Assembly: GCA_025463335.1 (NCBI GenBank) | Contig: JAOBWJ010000163.1 | Location: forward strand, 14,671 to 78,670 | DNA: 64,000 nucleotides | DNA from: Acidimicrobiales bacterium | GTDB taxonomy: Bacteria > Actinomycetota > Acidimicrobiia > Acidimicrobiales > CADCSY01 | Reading direction: 5' to 3' | Shown: positions 60,450 to 64,000 of the stretch, piece by piece | Layout: the number at the start of each line of letters is the position of its first letter | How positions within the stretch are numbered: the stretch's first letter is position 1 | Made by a program: the position numbers and the translations under genes | The notes under the pieces: model-generated | Database searches by the model: none | The model's input: only the letters and a program-made list of their open reading frames with translations | What the model was told of the DNA's origin: nothing

Positions 60450-61691
60450 ATGGCGGCTGACTCCGGTGTCATCGAGAATGAGTGTCCCGGTATGTCCACT
60501 TCCTCCACCGATCGCGACGTCGCGCGCTCCGCCGAGCGGTACGAGCGCCTGCTCGAGGTGCAGTCGCTGTTGGCCCGGGTGAGCCGGGAGGTCGGCCCGG
60601 GCCTGAACCTCGACCAGGTGCTGGACACGGTCCTGACGGCCACGCGCTCCCTCGTGGAGTTCGACGGCGGCGTCATCTCGCTGATCGAGGGCGATGAGCT
60701 GGTGATGGTCGCCCACGACCCGGCGCCGAGCGGCAACGGGACCCTCCGGACGCCGACCACGACAGGCATCGCCGGCCGGGTGCTGGCCAGCGGGACGAGC
60801 GCCGTGTCGGAGGACCTCCGCACGGACGACCGCGTGTCCCCCGAGCTCCGCGAGGTCGTGCTCCGTCGCGGCATCGCGTCGTACCTGTGCGTGCCGCTCG
60901 TCAACATGGGCGCAGTCATCGGCACTCTTCAGCTCCACGCGTCGCGCCCGGCGGCGTTCGACGACGAACACCGGGTCCTGCTCGAGGGCCTGGCCATCCA
61001 GGTCGCCGGGGCCATCGAGAGCGCCCGGCGTTACGAGATGATCACCCAGCTCGAGGTGCTCAAGAGCGACTTCATCGCCCGCGTCTCCCATGAGCTGCGC
61101 ACCCCGATCACGATCATGTCCGGCTTCGTGAGCACGCTCCTGACCAACAACGAGCGTCTCGACGGCGACTCCCGTCAGCGCATGCTCGAACGGGTCGACG
61201 TGGCCACCGCCCGCTTGTCGGGGCTCATCGACCAGTTGCTCATGCTCTCCCGCCTCGAAGCCGGGGTCATCGCCACCACCATGGAGACCGTCGAGGCGGC
61301 CCGGGTGCTGGAGGAGGTGCGCCGCCAGGCCGAGCAGCCCGAGGCCGTCGAGGTGGCCTGTGCCGACGGTCTGCTCCTGACCACCGACCCAAGCCTCCTG
61401 CTGCGGGCCCTCGGCTTCCTGGTCGACAACTCGCTGAAGTACGCCGGCTCGTGCCGCATCGAGGCCAGCAACGACGTCATCGAGGTGACCGACCACGGAC
61501 CGGGCATCCCGCCCGATCAGCGATCCCGTGTGTTCGAGCAGTTCACCCGGGCCAACGAGGACACCACGGTGCCGGGGATGGGCATCGGGCTTCCCATGGC
61601 TCGCACCCTGCTGCACGCGGCCGGTGCCGACCTGACCATCGCCGAACCGCCCGACGGCGTCGGCACTCGGATGGTTGTCCGCTTCACCTGA
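60450..61691 (+). CDS. GAF-domain sensor histidine kinase (no adjacent regulator)
   Basis: Track ORF. GAF region, then H-box FIARVSHELRTPIT and ATPase motifs FLVDNSLKY, DHGPGIP, GMGIGLPM. ATG 60492 is an alternative start. Confidence 0.85.
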   Translation: MAADSGVIENECPGMSTSSTDRDVARSAERYERLLEVQSLLARVSREVGPGLNLDQVLDTVLTATRSLVEFDGGVISLIEGDELVMVAHDPAPSGNGTLRTPTTTGIAGRVLASGTSAVSEDLRTDDRVSPELREVVLRRGIASYLCVPLVNMGAVIGTLQLHASRPAAFDDEHRVLLEGLAIQVAGAIESARRYEMITQLEVLKSDFIARVSHELRTPITIMSGFVSTLLTNNERLDGDSRQRMLERVDVATARLSGLIDQLLMLSRLEAGVIATTMETVEAARVLEEVRRQAEQPEAVEVACADGLLLTTDPSLLLRALGFLVDNSLKYAGSCRIEASNDVIEVTDHGPGIPPDQRSRVFEQFTRANEDTTVPGMGIGLPMARTLLHAAGADLTIAEPPDGVGTRMVVRFT

Positions 61692-61733
61692 GCGCCGCAC
61701 TGGTTCGCCGGATGTGTCCGCTGACACACTTCC

Positions 61734-63524
61734 GTGATGACCTCAGCCAGCGTGATCGATGCCCGCGCCGAGGGCCGAACCGTGGTCTCGATGTTCCTCG
61801 AGACGCTTGCCGCCAAGCCCGACCAGATCGCCCTCCGCTGGCGGACGGGTGACGCCTGGGGGGCGCTGACGTGGGCCGAGGTCGCCGACCGGGCGGCCCA
61901 CGTGGCCGGGGGGCTGGCCGCCGCCGGCGTCGACAGCGGCGACCGGGTGCTGCTCATGATGCGCAACCGGCCCGAATTCCACGTGGCCGACCTCGGCGCC
62001 CTGCTCGCCGGGGCCACGCCGATCTCGATCTACAACTCATCGTCCGCCGAGCAGATCGCCTACCTCGCCGGCCACGCCAAGGCCCGGGTGGCCATCGTGG
62101 AGGACGAGGGGTTCCTCGCCCGCATCCAGCAGGCCCGGGCCCAGCTCCCGGCCCTCGAGCAGGTGTTCCTCATCGACGGCGAGGCCGGCGGCGACATCCG
62201 CCCGTGGCACGAGCTGTTCGCCACCGGGCCCGTCGGCCTCGACTCGGGGTCGGCGCGCAATCATCCCGACGGGCTGGCCACGGTGATCTACACCTCGGGC
62301 ACGACCGGCCCGCCCAAGGGCGTGCAGATCACCCATCGCAACGTGGTGTGGACGGTCGAGAGCTACCGGCACTTGGTCGGCGACATCGAGGACCTCCGCA
62401 CGGTGTCCTACCTGCCCATGGCCCACATCGCCGAGCGGGTCAGTTCGCACTACCTGGCGCTGGCGTGCGGGTTCGACGTGGCCACCTGCCCCGATGCCTC
62501 ACAGCTCGGCGCCTACTGCCGCGAGGTCCGGCCCGAGACCATCTTCGGCGTGCCGCGCGTGTGGGAGAAGATGCACGCCTCCGTCCGGGCCGGCCTGGCC
62601 GCCGACCCGGCCAAGGCGGCGGGCTTCGAGCAGGCCCTCGGCGTGGCCCTCCCGCTGCAGCTGGCCCGCCGCACCCGGGAGCTCACGGCCGACGAGCAGG
62701 CCACCCTCGACGGGCTCGACGGCGCCGTCTTCCGTGCGGTTCGGGAGAGGCTCGGCCTCGACGCCGCCCGCTTCGCAGTGAGTGGTGCCGCCCCCATCTC
62801 GGTCGAGGTGCTCGAGTGGTTCGTCGCCATCGGCGTGCCGTTCTCGGAGATCTACGGCATGTCGGAGAACACCGGCCCGCTCACCTGGGAGCCGTGGCGG
62901 ATCCGGCCCGGCACCGTGGGACGAGCCATGCCCGGCGTGGACGTGCGCCTGGCCGACGACGGCGAGGTGGTGGCCAGCGGCGGGCTCGTCTTCCCCGGCT
63001 ACCTCGATGACCCGGCCAAGACGGCCGAGGCCCTCGACGTCGAGGGCTGGCTCCACACCGGCGACATCGGCGTGCTCGACGACGACGGCTACCTCCGTAT
63101 CGTCGATCGCAAGAAGGAGCTGATCATCACCGCCGGCGGCAAGAACATCAGCCCGGCCAACCTCGAGTCCGCCCTGCGCACCATCCCCCTCGTCGGCCAG
63201 GCCGCCGCCATCGGGGACCAGCGCAGGTTCATCGCCGCCCTCCTGGTCCTCGACCCCGACGGCGCCCGGGCGTGGGCCGCCAACCACGGGAAGGACGACG
63301 CCTCGCTCGCCGAGCTGGCCGCCGACCCGGAGCTGATCGCCGAGGTGGCCAAGGGCGTGGAGGAGGCCATGGCCGACTTCAACCACGCCGAACAGGTCAA
63401 GCGCTTCACCGTGCTGGCCGAGGAGTGGCTGCCCGACTCCGAGGAGCTCACGCCCACCTCCAAGCTCAAGCGGCGCGGCATCCACGCCAAGTACGCCGCC
63501 CAGATCGAGGCGATGTACGAGTAG
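61734..63524 (+). CDS. Long-chain acyl-CoA synthetase (AMP-forming, FadD-like)
   Basis: Track ORF. AMP-binding signature YTSGTTGPPKGV; TGDIG ... DRKKELIITAGGKNISP. Confidence 0.9.
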   Translation: MMTSASVIDARAEGRTVVSMFLETLAAKPDQIALRWRTGDAWGALTWAEVADRAAHVAGGLAAAGVDSGDRVLLMMRNRPEFHVADLGALLAGATPISIYNSSSAEQIAYLAGHAKARVAIVEDEGFLARIQQARAQLPALEQVFLIDGEAGGDIRPWHELFATGPVGLDSGSARNHPDGLATVIYTSGTTGPPKGVQITHRNVVWTVESYRHLVGDIEDLRTVSYLPMAHIAERVSSHYLALACGFDVATCPDASQLGAYCREVRPETIFGVPRVWEKMHASVRAGLAADPAKAAGFEQALGVALPLQLARRTRELTADEQATLDGLDGAVFRAVRERLGLDAARFAVSGAAPISVEVLEWFVAIGVPFSEIYGMSENTGPLTWEPWRIRPGTVGRAMPGVDVRLADDGEVVASGGLVFPGYLDDPAKTAEALDVEGWLHTGDIGVLDDDGYLRIVDRKKELIITAGGKNISPANLESALRTIPLVGQAAAIGDQRRFIAALLVLDPDGARAWAANHGKDDASLAELAADPELIAEVAKGVEEAMADFNHAEQVKRFTVLAEEWLPDSEELTPTSKLKRRGIHAKYAAQIEAMYE

Positions 63525-63530
63525 GAGGCT

Positions 63531-64000
63531 TCAGACCGTCAGCCCGAACTGGGGGAGGGCGGCGGTGCGGGTGCGCAGCAGGTCCTCCATCTCCGCCGAC
63601 CGCAGAGGCCGGGAGAAGTGCCAGCCCTGGGCCAGCGTGCACTGGAGGTCGGCGAGGGCGGCCCGCTGGTCGGGGCGCTCGACGCCCTCGGCGATCGTCT
63701 CCAGGTTGAGGCTGCGGGCCAACCGCAGGATGGCCTGCACCAGCGCCGTGTCCTCCTCGCTCCGACCCAGGCCATCGATGAACGAGCGGTCGATCTTGAG
63801 CACGTCGATGGGCAGGTGACGCAGGTACGCCAGCGACGAGTAGCCGGTGCCGAAGTCGTCGATGGCCAGGCGCACGCCCAAGGCCCGCAGCGCCTCCAAC
63901 GTCTTGATGCCGAGTGACTCGTTGCGGAGCAGGAACCGCTCGGTGATCTCGATGACCAGATGCTCGGGTGGCAGGCCGGAGACCTCGAGCGCCAGCTCCA
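63531..64000 (-). CDS. EAL-domain phosphodiesterase, C-terminal part only (N-terminus outside the window)
   Basis: Track ORF 63531..63899 begins at an internal TTG. The frame stays open to 64000, where the reverse complement reads ...PEHLVIEITERFLL. Motifs EITE, DDFGTGYSS, KIDRSF, AEGVE, QGW. Confidence 0.85.
   Translation of the reverse strand, partial: ELALEVSGLPPEHLVIEITERFLLRNESLGIKTLEALRALGVRLAIDDFGTGYSSLAYLRHLPIDVLKIDRSFIDGLGRSEEDTALVQAILRLARSLNLETIAEGVERPDQRAALADLQCTLAQGWHFSRPLRSAEMEDLLRTRTAALPQFGLTV

Noticed and set aside
1-64000. CRISPR arrays, insertion sequences, integrases, prophage or toxin-antitoxin modules, and rRNA.
   Set aside because: No direct-repeat/spacer periodicity, no transposase, integrase or phage-like translations in any track ORF, and no rRNA-like segments were seen. 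The two tRNAs show no adjacent integrase or att-like duplication.

Overview
High-GC, densely coding chromosomal window with actinobacterial gene order: a tRNA-Leu / fhaA-fhaB-pstP-rodA-pbpA-pknB / trpG / crgA block and a dnaK-grpE-J-protein operon. I call about 60 protein genes and 2 tRNAs. I saw no rRNA, CRISPR array, transposase or phage genes. Layout: (1) 1-10659, minus strand: nine translationally coupled genes for a surface polysaccharide (co-polymerase with a degenerate tyrosine-kinase domain, priming sugar transferase, dehydrogenase + aminotransferase pair, Wzy-like polymerase, two GT4 transferases, a prenyltransferase-repeat protein, AsnB-type amidotransferase). (2) 10.9-18.2 kb: a small ORF plus a four-gene signalling operon (GAF kinase, NarL-type regulator, extracytoplasmic-sensor PAS kinase, REC-PAS-GGDEF-EAL with a degenerate EAL). 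(3) 18.4-23.8 kb: tRNA-Ser, pheA, larB-larC-lipoprotein, and a desaturase / PaaX-like pair. (4) 23.8-31.9 kb: two large cytoplasmic proteins that fuse PAS-GGDEF-EAL to a complete HisKA-HATPase kinase module. They bracket one OmpR-type regulator and sit next to a REC-RsbW-like fusion. This is my top candidate for an undescribed system. (5) 31.9-44.7 kb: F420-type reductase and tag, then a co-directional stress block of 14 genes (PucR regulator, small ORF, SpoIIE phosphatase, hsp20, dnaK, grpE, Zn-finger-less J-protein, CbpM/HspR-like MerR, clpB, HdeD, tandem USP, Trx2-type thioredoxin, zf-UBP). (6) 44.8-50.5 kb: LuxR, DedA, and TetR plus a PPOX / FAH / extradiol dioxygenase operon with a perfect 22-bp palindrome at the divergent junction. 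(7) 50.6-58.9 kb: the cell-wall / Ser-Thr signalling cluster. (8) 59-64 kb: a thiolase-fold protein lacking all canonical catalytic residues, a GAF kinase, an acyl-CoA ligase and a truncated EAL gene. Many very long ORFs in the track are antisense or out-of-frame shadows, as expected at this GC content, and were rejected. All functional calls rest on motif recognition by eye in the supplied translations and on start/stop geometry. No database search, HMM scan or folding calculation was run.
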